From Eledone cirrhosa (Eukaryota), in assembly GCA_964016885.1 (NCBI GenBank), contig OZ024757.1, positions 38,130,001-38,194,000 of the forward strand: a DNA stretch of 64,000 nt, given 5' to 3'. The first letter of the stretch is position 1. Each line of letters opens with the position of its first letter. Below the pieces are notes generated by a model that made no database searches, had not been told where the DNA came from, and saw only the letters and a list, made by a program, of their open reading frames with translations. The position numbers and the translations under genes are program-made. Below are positions 1 to 12,805 of the stretch, piece by piece.

Positions 1-353
1 ACCTATAACCACAACTGACCAGGAGATTGATGTCATACAGAATTCCCTTCCAACGTTATTGAAGGAAGACACGCAGTATATATTGGGTGACTGTCAGTCT
101 CCGTAAAACCGATGTTTTGCTAGAGAGAGTGAGTGAGAGGGAGTGTGTATACTATTGTACAATGAAATAAACACACAACGGATTTTTTTTACTTCCCTAT
201 GTTCTTTGTTTTTCTAAGCGAGCACAGAAAAATAATACATTCTAACGATACCAACTGTAAAATAGCTGACATAAAGGCATCATAACAGAATGAGGAATAC
301 GGAAAATTTGTACTAAAGAAAATGTTGAAAACAATCAAGTCTTCTCCAATGTA

Positions 354-898
354 CAGGGTGACCACAAAACACTCCTTGATTTCAAATACTTATATGAAAA
401 CTTCAATGAATATTCTTACAATATTCGTGGCTATAATTTCCTACACTATCAAGGTTTCATGTGGTATTGGTTGATATCATAGTCACTTCGTGTGTGCCCC
501 CCCTTTCTTCCTCGGCAAACATCAATGTGATAATCAAGCCAACAATATTGTAAGAATATTTATTTAAGTTTTCATATTATAAGCAATATGGCCTTGTGCC
601 TAAATTAGAAACCATATTATGTGTATACGTGTTGAAGGCGTGTGGCTGTTTGGTTAGAGAACTGGATTCGTAATCGTGAGGTTGTCAGTTCGATTCTTAG
701 ACCGAGTGATGCGTCATGTCCTTGAGCAAGACACTTTATTTCACGTTGCTCCTTCTAGCTGGAGTTGAGAGACCGATAGATAGTACTAGCAATTGGAAAG
801 ACCAACGGAAACATTGTTTCCTCGGTCCAATTTGAAGAAAGTCGATCGACAAATATTATAAGTATTTCAAATCGATGAGTGTTTTTGTGGTCACCCTG
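354..898. mobile_element. Tc1/mariner-type MITE with long TIRs; right TIR interrupted by a SINE-containing insertion
   Basis: TA|CAGGGTGACCACAAAACACTC at 352-374 and inverse GAGTGTTTTTGTGGTCACCCTG at 877-898; inner TIR parts 396-424 and 544-573 are also inverse; insert 584-852 is flanked by duplicated ATATTATAAG (574-583, 853-862). Confidence 0.75.
634..770 (+). mobile_element. tRNA-derived SINE, family B
   Basis: A-box-like TGGCTGTTTGG, B-box GTTCGATTC, then GTCCTTGAGCAAGACACTTTATTTCACGTTGCTCC; related copies at 30337-30640. Confidence 0.75.
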
Positions 899-987
899 CA
901 TCTCAATTTAGCTGTTCAATAATACAATAAATATTGTTTTATCTCTTGTAAGACATATCGTCACAGAAGACAGGATTTTATAAAAAT

Positions 988-1080
988 AATTGTTTCTACT
1001 TTTGGCACAAGGCCAACAATTATCCCAGTAATACTGGTACTCTATTTAATCGACCCCGTAAAGATGAAAGGCAAAGTTAA
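988..1080 (-). mobile_element. SINE family A, partial
   Basis: Reverse complement of the family core and 3' tail GGCCTTGTGCCAAAAGTAGAAACAATT. Confidence 0.8.
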
Positions 1081-1543
1081 TGTATTATATTTATGATAAC
1101 GTTATCTCTGTTGAAATTCATAAAAGGCGAGCTGAAATATGTTAAAGAGCGTTAGATTTAACAGCTAAGCCAGCGGTCGCCATCATATCTGTGTTGGTCC
1201 ACCATAGCGTATTTTTACTTCTAGAGAACGTCTTTATGAAATGATATCTTAGATATATACTTTAATTCTTCTTCCGATTTGGACATAAGCAGAGAGCTAG
1301 ACAGATACTTAAATATCTATATTGATAGAAATGGCTAGACAAACCTGTACACTGACACACTCGGGCGTGTGTATCTGTATAGAAATACACACACATTTCT
1401 GTGTGCGTATTATGTAAATACATATAACAATTTGCATATATGATTATATACACACGTATGTGCATATTCACACACACTTTATATATGTATAATACATATT
1501 CATATAAACATATATATATATGTATATAATATATATTCATACA

Positions 1544-1590
<47 letters not shown>

Positions 1591-1667
1591 CTATATATGT
1601 TTGTATGGGTGTATTTACATAGATATGTAAACACATTTGTTTATATAGAATGAAAGCATCTTCTTAC

Positions 1668-1835
1668 GTACCTCTGTCCGTGTCTGCTTGTAATCTCCTG
1701 TGGTTTCCAGAATTTCTTTCCTCTTTTCCATAAAATAACTCCAAAGATATGGAAAAATAAATTCCTCTAAATTTATAAGTCCCACGACTACAACCAGGCT
1801 TACCTCTCTCACCAAGGAATTTTCTTAAATGCTTT
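1668..1835 (-). CDS. candidate exon (weak), unknown product
   Basis: Acceptor TTTTTGACAG (AG at 1837-1836); possible donors GTAAGC (1803), GTACGT (1671) or GTAAGA (1667); one frame is open (KHLRKFLGERGKPG...); true frame is ambiguous. Confidence 0.25.
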
Positions 1836-2011
1836 CTGTCAAAAACGATCGATATATACATTTTGCATACATCAAGTAATTGGTCTCAAACATAGAATGG
1901 ACTCGAAGACAAACATTTGGAGATTAACGAGGGTGAAAAGTAATAAAAATATGTAAAGTTTGAATTCTGCAAATTTAATGCCTATAAATAGTAAAACATT
2001 TCAGAGAACAA

Positions 2012-2061
<50 letters not shown>

Positions 2062-2144
2062 GGCGATGAATTTGCTTTGCATGTTTTTCTTTATATGAAA
2101 ACCAACAAAACAGTGAGTGTGTACTGTTATTATTTCTGGCAATA

Positions 2145-2338
2145 GGGCGGTGGATTGGCAGTATCGTAGAGGGTCGAATGCCATGCTTTGCAGCAAAGAG
2201 CTACGGCCCTTTAATGTCTGAGTTCAAATCCCACCCAGGTTAACTTTGCCTTTCATCATTACGAGGGTCGATAAAATAAAGTACCAGTAATACAGTGGGA
2301 TAATTGCTGGCCTTGTGCTAAAAGTAGAAACAATTATT
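2145..2338 (+). mobile_element. SINE family A, full length
   Basis: tRNA-like head (TGGCAGTATCG, GAGTTCAAATCC), core and tail; TSD ATTATTTCTGGCAATA on both sides. Confidence 0.9.
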
Positions 2339-2502
2339 TCTGGCAATATTATTACAATAAAAACCTCCTAAAGTATAACAATATATATATATATATGTGA
2401 GAGAGAGAGAGAGAGAGAGAGACGATTATATACACGAACATGTAGACACATATATACGACCATATATATATAATATAATATATATATATATATATAATAT
2501 AT

Positions 2503-2860
2503 AGTGACGAAACATAAGTCAATTGCATGAACTCATAATCCTTTATTTACTGCTATATATATTTCGATGATAGCCATTGAATGGCTATGACCTCATCAGG
2601 CAGTTAGTCAGTTCTTAGATATGCTAGCTCTGTGTTTATGGTGTTGATAGTATCAGAGCCTTGGGACATATGAGCTTGTTAGGGATAATTTAATGTTGTC
2701 AGCAGGAATAATCTTAATTCTCATTGGTCAGTTTGTAGATGCTAGTAGGGTTGGTATTTGACCTCAAAGAGGCAGGTGTTGTAAATTTCAAACAGTCAGG
2801 CAAGATGACAATAGTTCCATATGATTGATTTTCACAAAAAGCATTCCTGGTCAGATATAT
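2503..2860 (-). mobile_element. non-autonomous or truncated Penelope-like element 3' end with hammerhead
   Basis: Bounded by (TA)n; 2503-2670 matches 34955-35121 in reverse and 2750-2860 matches 20630-20742 in reverse; contains an HHR. Confidence 0.7.
2549..2604 (-). ncRNA. type I minimal hammerhead ribozyme
   Basis: Minus strand reads ACTGC-CTGATGA-GGTCATAGCCATTCAATGGCTATCATC-GAAA-TATATAT-A-GCAGT: stem I ACTGC/GCAGT, stem II ATAGCCAT/ATGGCTAT, palindromic stem III. Confidence 0.85.
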
Positions 2861-2909
2861 ATTCAATTGAGGTTTATAGTATGGAATTCGATACTACAGG
2901 TCATTCTTA

Positions 2910-3205
2910 AATTGAGGAATTTATGTGGGGTGATACTACTGAAAATTATGGTTTGGGTAGAATACTAGAAAATTTACATATAAAAAGACTTATGTTGGTT
3001 GACTTGCACATACACTCACACCCACCCCTACAGACACACACAGCCACATCCACACATACAAATTGAGGAATTTATGTGTGTGGTAATACTGAAAATTATG
3101 GTTAGAGTCAAATACTTAGAAAGTTTACAAATAAAAAGACTTTTGTTGGTTGACTTGTAAATACACTCACACCTACCCCCATATCTACACACACAAATCC
3201 ATACA
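2910..3205. repeat. diverged tandem duplication of ~150 bp
   Basis: AATTGAGGAATTTATGTG...AAAAGACTT...GTTGGTTGACTTG...ACACTCACACC occurs at 2910 and 3061. Confidence 0.85.
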
Positions 3206-3831
3206 GGTGTGTATATATATATATGTATGTACGCACAAGTGCATACATATGTATACAACAGAGGCCCCCGAATCCAAGTATAAGGCAGACATAAAATGAG
3301 GTGGGTGTTATTTTTAAAGAAAAGTAAAGTGGGTGTTTGGAAAAGTTATAGTTTAGACTAAATAAAAGTAGAGTGTGATATATATCTTCACAGCAATAGC
3401 TTGGGGGCTTTGGAGCTTAGGCGAATCCCTTAGTACAGACATACATAGCCACCCACACTTTTATCCTCTGGATGCGTGTGTATGTCTATATACACATGTG
3501 CACTCATACAAGAGAGCATATACAAATACTCTTAAGCATACACTCGAACATTTTTCAAATGCAACCTGGGGTATTAGTATTTCGTTGCGTTCACATGAGT
3601 CTGTACATTCACGTAATCCCAGTATACACGCACAGCGCACGGTTGTGGGCACTCATTCATGCGTATAGGGTTAATACCTTAGGATAATTGTTCTACCTGT
3701 GTGGGCCACTCCCGGCGGGGAGGTCCTCAGGTTAAATAAACGTGGTTTTGCTGACTCCTAACCAGTAGAGGATCCGGTGGACAATCAACCGTAGGGACCA
3801 CAAACTATGGGTGGGTGTTGTTGCCTATTGC

Positions 3832-4621
3832 TCATTGGTACGGGTGTAGGGGACCTACAGGGGGGGGGGCGTTGTGGGAGGCCATAACCGGGTTTATCAA
3901 TATAGCTTGACGAAAGTTCCCGTCCTTCCCGAAAAAGTCGGCCCTTCTGTTTAATAGCTTGGTTCCGCCATGATGTATCTCGAGTGTCTCACTAAGACAG
4001 GTTGCAAATACCAGACCCACCTTTGACTGGGGGAACCTTTCTAACCACGGACCAGACCAGAGAGTGCGGGGTCTTTTCAAGTTTGAGCTTCCAGATCAAT
4101 TCAGAAGGGGCCGTACATTTCCTCTTTTCTATTCTGTTAAAGGAATGGCGAAGGTTATACCACCTACCTTTGAAGCTTGTCGCCGTGGATCCTATGTAGT
4201 GGTGCTCCGAGTTAGGGGTTGTGACCTTGCACCTGTAGACTACGTTTTTCGTCATGCATTCATTACTAAGGGGGCATAGTGATGGGTCTCTGCAATTGCA
4301 TGACTTCTTAAGCCCCAGCACATGTACCGCGTGGTTACCATCACTCGGGGCTGGCTGGGTAGCCGCCGCAATCAGCACAGGGTCGTTGGGTTCCGCTGTG
4401 CTAGTTGGGCCTCTCCGGGGTCTGGTGCGTCCCGCGTGGTGGATCCGTTGGGTGGCTCCGGGGTTTACGGTGGTATTAGAGGCAGTGAGTCTATTCCTAT
4501 TTATGCCAGCTATGTGCTGGGCTACGGAGCGTGTGGTTGAGTAGGAAAGTTTCACCGTGTGCCTGTTGAATATTTCATGGTATTTGTGGGCCCTAGGGAA
4601 ACATTTATCCAGTACTCTAAA
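3832..4621 (-). pseudogene. 5'-truncated Penelope-like retroelement ORF (Neptune-type): RT thumb end, Cys linker, GIY-YIG endonuclease
   Basis: Translation has CFPRAHKYHEIFNRHTVKLSYS, CNCRDPSLCPLSNECMTKNVVY...HYIGSTATSFKGRW, ELIWKLK, ICNL then a frameshift near 3995 to CLSETLEI..LLNRRADF; 5' end abuts (TA)n. Confidence 0.9.
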
Positions 4622-4688
<67 letters not shown>

Positions 4689-4692
4689 AATA

Positions 4693-4952
4693 TAGTCAGG
4701 ACACCGACTACTGAGCTCCGGCGGTTCTGACAGCTAGATCCGAACTGATAAGATACCAAGTGGACCATAACACACCAGATTACTCGATACTTAGGGTAGT
4801 AGAGTTGGTAATATGAAAATAGTCAGGACCCCGACGGCTGAGCTCTGGCCGTTTCGACAGCTAGATCCATCGGGGTCTTGACTCTTTTCATATTACCCAC
4901 TCTACTACCCTAAGTACCGTCTATCCGGTATCTTACCACACCTTCTATGTTG

Positions 4953-4953
<1 letters not shown>
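4693..4953. mobile_element. PLE pseudo-LTR/tail family P, rearranged direct plus inverted copies
   Basis: Shared GGACCATAAC..GTACTCGATACTTAGGGTAGTAGAGTGGGTAAT..GGACCCCGACGGCTGAGCTC; inverted part at 4871-4953; flanked by (TA)n. Confidence 0.7.
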
Positions 4954-5010
<57 letters not shown>

Positions 5011-5026
5011 TCTCACTTTCTCTGAA

Positions 5027-5069
<43 letters not shown>

Positions 5070-6059
5070 CACTCTCACTCTCTCTGAATGTGTGTGTATA
5101 TATATATATATTTGCTAGTAAGAAATGATGTAGTGTAAATCACAAAAACGTATAGACTCCCCAATATCATATTAATCCCTACTCTTCTGTTGAAACAAAT
5201 TCGTGAAATTGGTTAAGTCGATGTGTTTTGATTCCCTTGTGAAGGTTTACACTATAATACGAAAGGATATCTTTGTCACGCTTAGGTTCTCGATGAATGA
5301 CGTAGGGTATTTAAGAAACTCCCAACCAGAATGGTACATTCAGTGGCAAAATATACGCAGGTCCTTTACAACACACTAAGACACACAGACATACACATAC
5401 TTACAAACAGCCACACAAACACACACACACTCACTCAATAACTCAGAAACACTCGCTCACTCACACATAAACAGAAATAGCCCCGACTACGAACACACAT
5501 GCACATGTATAAAAATATAATGGCAGAGATTACATTAAAAGAGTCGAGCTCAAATTGTATATAATAATAAATATTTCGTTAACTATACAACTCGGGCAAC
5601 TAATATGTCCTTTGAAAATTTAGAATAAATATATGAATATAACACACACACACACACACACACGTATATATATATAGGTGTGTGCGTGTGTGTGTGTTTA
5701 CATATGTCTATGTATATATACATATTTGTATATATATATAAGTATGTATATATTTATATTTATGTATACGAAGGTATAATTTATATCTGTATTTTATGTC
5801 AAGAGAATTGATTTTATATTGAACATGTATTACAAATATGCAGACTAGACGAATGTATGTATATATATGTATGTATATATCAAATATATATGGGTATATA
5901 TAGTATATATGTGTATGTGTATATAAATGTATATACACGCGTGTGTATATATATATGAATATAATACTGTCAACATTTATGTATACATTTAAGCCATTTA
6001 TTAGTAAGTCCATTTATTCAATCCGCCTTTATTTTTCCAGACAACGATTCCATAATTCA

Positions 6060-6172
6060 TATATCAATATATATATACAGATATATATATATATATATAC
6101 AGATACATATATATATATATACAGATACATATACCTATATATATATATATATATATACACAGATACATATAC

Positions 6173-6205
<33 letters not shown>

Positions 6206-6213
6206 TACATATA

Positions 6214-6281
<68 letters not shown>

Positions 6282-6289
6282 TACATATA

Positions 6290-6329
<40 letters not shown>

Positions 6330-6337
6330 TACATATA

Positions 6338-6383
<46 letters not shown>

Positions 6384-6391
6384 TACATATA

Positions 6392-6435
<44 letters not shown>

Positions 6436-6443
6436 TACATATA

Positions 6444-6531
<88 letters not shown>

Positions 6532-7050
6532 TATATATATATATATATATATACAGATATATATATATATACAGATATATATATATATATATACAGATAT
6601 ATATATATATATATACAGATATATATATACAGATATATATATACAGATATATATATATATATATATACAGATATATATATATATATATACAGATATATAT
6701 ATATATATATATACAGATATATATATATATATATATACAGATATATATATATATATATATATACAGATATATATATATATATATATATACAGATATATAT
6801 ATATATATATATATATACAGATATATATATATATATATATATATACAGATATATATATATATATATATATATACAGATATATATATATATATATATATAT
6901 ACAGATATATATATATATATATATATATACAGATACATATACCTATATATATATATTATACCTATATATATATTATATATATATATATATTATATATATA
7001 TTATATATATATACAGATACATATACCTATATATATATTATATATATATA

Positions 7051-7085
<35 letters not shown>
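6060..7085. repeat. compound (TA)n array punctuated by CAGA / CAGATACATATACC
   Basis: Direct inspection. Confidence 0.95.
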
Positions 7086-7091
<6 letters not shown>

Positions 7092-7446
7092 TGTGTGTTT
7101 GTGTTATTTTAAAGATATTTATCTAAAAGATACTCAAGATATTTTTATTTGGAAAAAAACAACTTATTTTTGTTGTTTGAAAAATTTATGAATCAATATA
7201 TTTTACTGGTCGGGAGGAAAAATATATTTCTCCTGATCTTGCACATTTTTTTACCCTCCTCCCATTATTGGTTATGAAACGATATTTATTTTAACATATA
7301 GTTTTTTACATGGAAAACATCTGTTAAGATAATTATTTTAAATGCAATATATATAATATATATATATATATATTTCGTTTCTGTTTACTTGTAGCCTTTG
7401 TCAGTGTGTATATGGTGTGCCCGATGTTTTTTTTTTGTGTGTTTAC

Positions 7447-7478
<32 letters not shown>

Positions 7479-7501
7479 GTATATACACACACACATACAC
7501 A

Positions 7502-7542
<41 letters not shown>

Positions 7543-7626
7543 ACACACTCATAATCTGCTGTAGGCGTTTTGTTTTTATTTCTGTTGGACGTTATCGCAA
7601 TTTCACATTTGTACGTGATTTTATAC

Positions 7627-7663
<37 letters not shown>

Positions 7664-7678
7664 TGCATGCATACATAC

Positions 7679-7736
<58 letters not shown>

Positions 7737-8039
7737 ACCAATATTTCATATCTTGTAGACTATTTTAAATGTTGTATATGAAAAAACTCCGCCCTCCTGT
7801 TTTCTGAAATTTTTTCTTTCGATTTAATGAAATATAGTAAATTTGTTTTTGAAAAGTTTCAATGTGTATTATAACAGCATTTAGTGCTGAGAACCACCTG
7901 TATGTGTAGTTACAGATTGACCGTTTATATATATATGTATATATATATATATATATATCGGAATACAAAAAACAACAACGCAGGAGTATATGTAACAAAT
8001 AGTAGTAGGTTCACGCTTACCGAGAGAGGTGGGGTTGTG

Positions 8040-8077
<38 letters not shown>

Positions 8078-8174
8078 TGTTAAAATAAACAAATTAACTT
8101 AGAATAATAGGTTGTTATCAGAGAGGCAGAAGTTTGACAAGTTGACCCTAAATATGATTAATAGCTCTAGGAAA

Positions 8175-8482
8175 ACCACGAACGACACAACATCTTTGAT
8201 TTTGAAAGTATGTTTATATTTATTCATTTTTATTATACTTTTATAGTTGTCTCGGTGGCCTAGTTGGAGGAATCATAGGCGGCGGTGATCCTTGTCTGAA
8301 GTTCGATCCTGGTCGGGAGTATGGTTGCAGGCAAACATTTTCAGTTTTTTTCTATGGGCTGTAAAATAAAAACTGAAAAAGATTACATCAAACTCTCGAC
8401 CAGGATTGAACCCCAGACCAGGATCTCCACCAGCTAAGAAAAATCTACTGAAAATTCATACTTATAATCTTACTTTTATAAT
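8175..8482. mobile_element. fold-back MITE segment with two inverted tRNA-like units (copy 1)
   Basis: TGGCCTAGTTGG and GTTCGATCC on +, inverse CTCTCGACCAGGATTGAACC; homologous to 49315-49632. Confidence 0.7.
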
Positions 8483-8749
8483 GTAAATAGAAAATGTTGT
8501 GTTATGGTTCATTCTTTCTTAATGTTATTATTCCTACTTAATGTCGTCTTCTAAATCATTTGGGTGTTCCATACACTACATCCTCCTTTTGTTTCTCATC
8601 TATCTTGACTATATTTTAACCTGTAATCCATGTTTCATTTCTGTTGCACCTCATTTCTCCCCTCTCTTTATCTCTCTTATATTTGAATGTACTGCGATTT
8701 CGGCTTACTTTGTTCATATATGGTTGGCATTATATATACATATTCCGTT

Positions 8750-8873
8750 TACGATCTGAGTTCAAATCACGCCGAGGTTAACTTTGCCTTTCATCCATAC
8801 GGAGGTCGATAAAATAAAGTACCAGTAATACACTGGTATAATTGCTGGCCTTGTGCCAATAGTAGAAACAATT
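8750..8873 (+). mobile_element. SINE family A, 5'-truncated
   Basis: B-box, core and tail. Confidence 0.85.
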
Positions 8874-9307
8874 ATATATATATAAACAAAGAACGCACAA
8901 ACAAGTGAATGCATTCACAAAGTCGTATAAGTTTGAGGCTTCGCAGAAAGAGTGAGTCACTCAGTTAACGTATCGGGAATATACTCTTCATCAGGAAAAA
9001 GCAGCGTTCAGATTGTATAAAAGGAAAAAGGCTGAGAAACTTAAAATAAAATTAAAAATAAAATATAAACAGAGAGGAGGGACGAGTGAGAGATGTGATT
9101 GGTGGTATACACACACACATACACACATATACACACATATTATACACACATATACACATACACACTCACAGACATATTACATATTTATTTATTTGTGTTT
9201 CAATGGAAGGGAAACTCAATTTTTTCGAGCCAGGTTAAAATTATGCGCGTCTTATCTTCGTGTCTATTTTCTGCCGTTTCTGTTGGCTAAATTCAGAAAA
9301 AAACGTT

Positions 9308-9375
9308 ACCTGAGTGAAATGTTCGTGACATTCACTGCAGTGTCAGTGTCTGACTTCCGTTATTGTGGTGTGTGA
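9308..9375 (-). promoter_or_regulatory. possible first exon / promoter with ETS-type CGGAAGT motif and CAG|GTAACG donor
   Basis: Motifs only, in unique sequence; no transcript evidence. Confidence 0.2.
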
Positions 9376-9534
9376 CATCTCCAATGTTGGAGGTAATAAT
9401 CTAACTAATTAATGTATTTTAACTAGTTGTTTATTTAATTTGTATTTATATTTAGATTTATACTTGATATATATTATCACTGTTTTACGCATAAATGTAT
9501 ATTTGTGTATATATATATATATAAAATGTATATT

Positions 9535-9595
<61 letters not shown>

Positions 9596-10451
9596 TATTC
9601 AGTTGATTCACCACAGTCAAAAACCTAATCATAAGCAATATATATATATATATATACACACACATATATTCTCAAATTCCTGAACATCTACCACTAATAT
9701 CAACGAAAATAATGCCACATAAAAGACAATAATTTAATAGAATTAAACATATATTGCCTCGTATAAATGTCCATAAAAATATTTGTGTTTGAGAATGGTT
9801 ACATTCGTTGTATGAGAATTATATTGTTTGGTGATTTGTTTTAAAATAGTGTCACTAAAATGAAGTACACGTCAAGTACTTAGGTTAACGAAAACTACCA
9901 AGGCCATACCCGCTGTACAATAATGTATCAATGAAAATCTATCTATTTTAGATACTATTATTACAGTTCCTATTCTAATATAATTTACTACCAACTTCAA
10001 GTACTCAGACATTAAACGCCAGACGATTTATTGTTTCTGTTAGAACGTTTGCTTAGGAAGATATTTTGAATCTAACATACACGAATATATTCAAACACTT
10101 ACACCATCACACTCATATACAAATGTGTATGATATATATATATATACACACCCATATAAAGTTAAATATATATATATATAAATGTATATGTACATATATA
10201 TATACATATATATATATATTCATATGTACATATATATATATATTCATATGTACATATATATATATATTCATATATACATATATATATATATATTCGTACG
10301 TACATATATATATATATTCATATATACATATATATATATATATTCGTACGTACATATATATATTTATACATACATATATATATATGTATATTTATGGATA
10401 GATATATATATACATATATCTATGGATAGATATATATATACATATATCTAT

Positions 10452-10486
<35 letters not shown>

Positions 10487-10529
10487 CATATATCTATGGA
10501 TACATATATATATATATATGTGTGTGTGC

Positions 10530-10560
<31 letters not shown>

Positions 10561-11138
10561 CGATATATATAAATCACTTTGTTTGGTACGAGTTTACTAT
10601 ACTATAATTCCCTTTCTACCTTTCTCCCCTTCTCTATGCTCCATTCTCCTCATTTCTCGATTTAAAATCACATTCGATCTAAACCAGTTAATAGTTAGGA
10701 ACAAATCGACTGACAAAATAATATGTAGGTTGCTTATGTCGTCGTGTTGTCAATGGTATCAGAACATTGAGATAAAAGACGGAAATAAACTAGAGCTGCA
10801 ATGTAATTTGAGTCTGGAAGTCTGACAACTATATTGAACGCTGACGAACTCTGACCTTTATTATCTTTCGCCAACGTGACGGTAGATAATATCTGAACCA
10901 AAGATATTATGATATTACACGGCCGTACTTGCGGGATTTTTCGCTATTTCAACTCCTTGAAGGATTTACAGTTTGTCAGATAGGTAATTACCAAAATTCA
11001 AAGCATCCCCTCTATCTAGATGAATTCGCGTGTGTCTGTGTGTGTATTTATATGTATATGTGTGTGTTTGTGTGTGTGTATTTATATGTTTGTGTGTGTT
11101 TGTGTGTGTGTATTTATATGTATATGTGTGTTTGTATG

Positions 11139-11170
<32 letters not shown>

Positions 11171-11297
11171 AAAGTTCTATTTAAATTGTTGGGATACAAC
11201 AAGCAAACATTTTTAAAACTGATATAAAGCACTCAACAAATATTTGGAGTAAAAATACGATATTATCAAATGGAAACTATATTTATAAAACCATATT

Positions 11298-11362
11298 TAT
11301 TTCATTATACATATTTCAAGGACACCAAGTTAAATTATGGTGTGCTTTCATCAGATAAAATA
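11298..11362 (-). ncRNA. hammerhead ribozyme (minus arm)
   Basis: Exact reverse complement of 11444-11508. Confidence 0.85.
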
Positions 11363-11443
11363 TAATAAAGATCAGTTTTATAAATAAATATTGACATACC
11401 CTTAAAAGATGCAACCATTACTGTTGGAAGCTCCCGGATATTA

Positions 11444-11508
11444 TATTTTATCTGATGAAAGCACACCATAATTTAACTTGGTGTCCTTGAAATATGTATA
11501 ATGAAATA
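11444..11508 (+). ncRNA. hammerhead ribozyme (plus arm)
   Basis: TATTTTAT-CTGATGA-AAGCACACCA(loop)TGGTGTCCTT-GAAA-TATGTAT-A-ATGAAATA. Confidence 0.85.
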
Positions 11509-11677
11509 AATATGGTTTTATAAATATAGTTTCCATTTGTTAATATCGTATATATATATATGTATGTTTGTATGTTTACGTAGTGCTTATACACACACAC
11601 ACGCACATATATAATTATATTTGTGCATATGTGTGTATATATATTTATATATGTGTATGTGAGTATATTTGTATGTA

Positions 11678-11712
<35 letters not shown>

Positions 11713-11713
<1 letters not shown>

Positions 11714-11888
11714 ACGAAGGAAAAGTGGTAAGGAACCAGATGGACCATAACGCACCAAAGTACTCAATACTTAGGGTAGTAGAGTGGGTAATAGGAACGA
11801 GTAGGACACCAACGGCTGAATTAGGTCGCGTCCAGAATTAGCCGTCGAAACGGCTTCAGCTCAGCCGTCGGGGTCCTACTCGTTCCTA
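11713..11888. mobile_element. PLE tail family P with terminal hairpin (left arm partly deleted)
   Basis: Near-identical to 28382-28579; between (TA)n tracts. Confidence 0.8.
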
Positions 11889-11960
11889 TATATATATATA
11901 TATATATACGTGCCTATATATATGTGAATATATATATATAGAGAGATACCTATATATATG

Positions 11961-12010
<50 letters not shown>

Positions 12011-12065
12011 CCTAAAATATATGTGAATATATATATATATATATACATACCTAAAATATATGTGA

Positions 12066-12098
<33 letters not shown>

Positions 12099-12377
12099 AG
12101 TAGATATATACATATATGTCCATATATATATCCGTGTGTGTATACGCAAACGTGCATTTATATATTCTAGCACACGCATGTATCTGTTCATTATATGTGG
12201 AATTACTGCAGAAGAGAACTGTGCCTCCCCATATATCTGAAACTGCTGGCATTGATTGCCTTATACAAGTCACGTGGATATATTAAATTTGTCAGATACC
12301 GTTCTCTCCCTTTTCTCTCTCTGTTTAACTTTTCTAAATACGTTCATCCTTGAATCTACCATATTTCCAAATACTGT

Positions 12378-12670
12378 TGTCTCTCTCTGTCTCTGACACC
12401 TTCTCTCTCTCTGTCTCTCTCTGTCTCTGACACCATCTCTCTCTCTATCTCTCTCTGTCTCTGACACCATCTCTCTCTCTATCTCTCTCTGTCTCTAACA
12501 CCATCTCTCTCTCTATCTCTGTTTGTCTCTGACACCATCTCTGTCTCTGTTTGTCTCTGACACCATCTCTCTCTCTGTCTCTGTTTGTCTTTGACACCAT
12601 CTCTCTCTCTGTCTCTGTTTGTCTTTGACACCATCTCTCTCTCTATCTCTCTCTCTCTTTATCTCTCTCG

Positions 12671-12702
<32 letters not shown>

Positions 12703-12805
12703 TTATCTCTCTATCTTTATCTCTCTCTCTCTCTCTTTATCTCTCTCTCTCTCTCTATCTATCTATCTTTATCTCTCTCTCTTGATCTCTCTAGCTCTCT
12801 CTCTA
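12378..12805. repeat. CT-rich minisatellite with ~24-34-bp units containing CTGACACCAT
   Basis: About 8 recurrences of (C/T)TGACACCATCTCT followed by (CT)n. Confidence 0.9.

Larger units (their letters stand above)
11170..11551. mobile_element. ambisense double-hammerhead fold-back element, copy 1
   Basis: 113-bp arms 11255-11367 and 11439-11551 (1 mismatch), 71-bp spacer, ~85-bp leader; whole unit homologous to 42076-42436; lies in (TA)n. Confidence 0.85.

Noticed and set aside
2145-2235. tRNA gene calls for SINE heads
   Set aside because: No intact cloverleaf, and always fused to the SINE core and tail.
4622-4768. N-terminal extension of the GIY-YIG ORF (MVHLVSY...IYIYI)
   Set aside because: Read-through across a tail fragment and (TA)n; not native coding sequence.
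5943-7112. Long YI/IY-rich ORFs (also 16304-19732, 55469-56675 and many others)
   Set aside because: Translations of (TA)n microsatellites that lack stops by composition.
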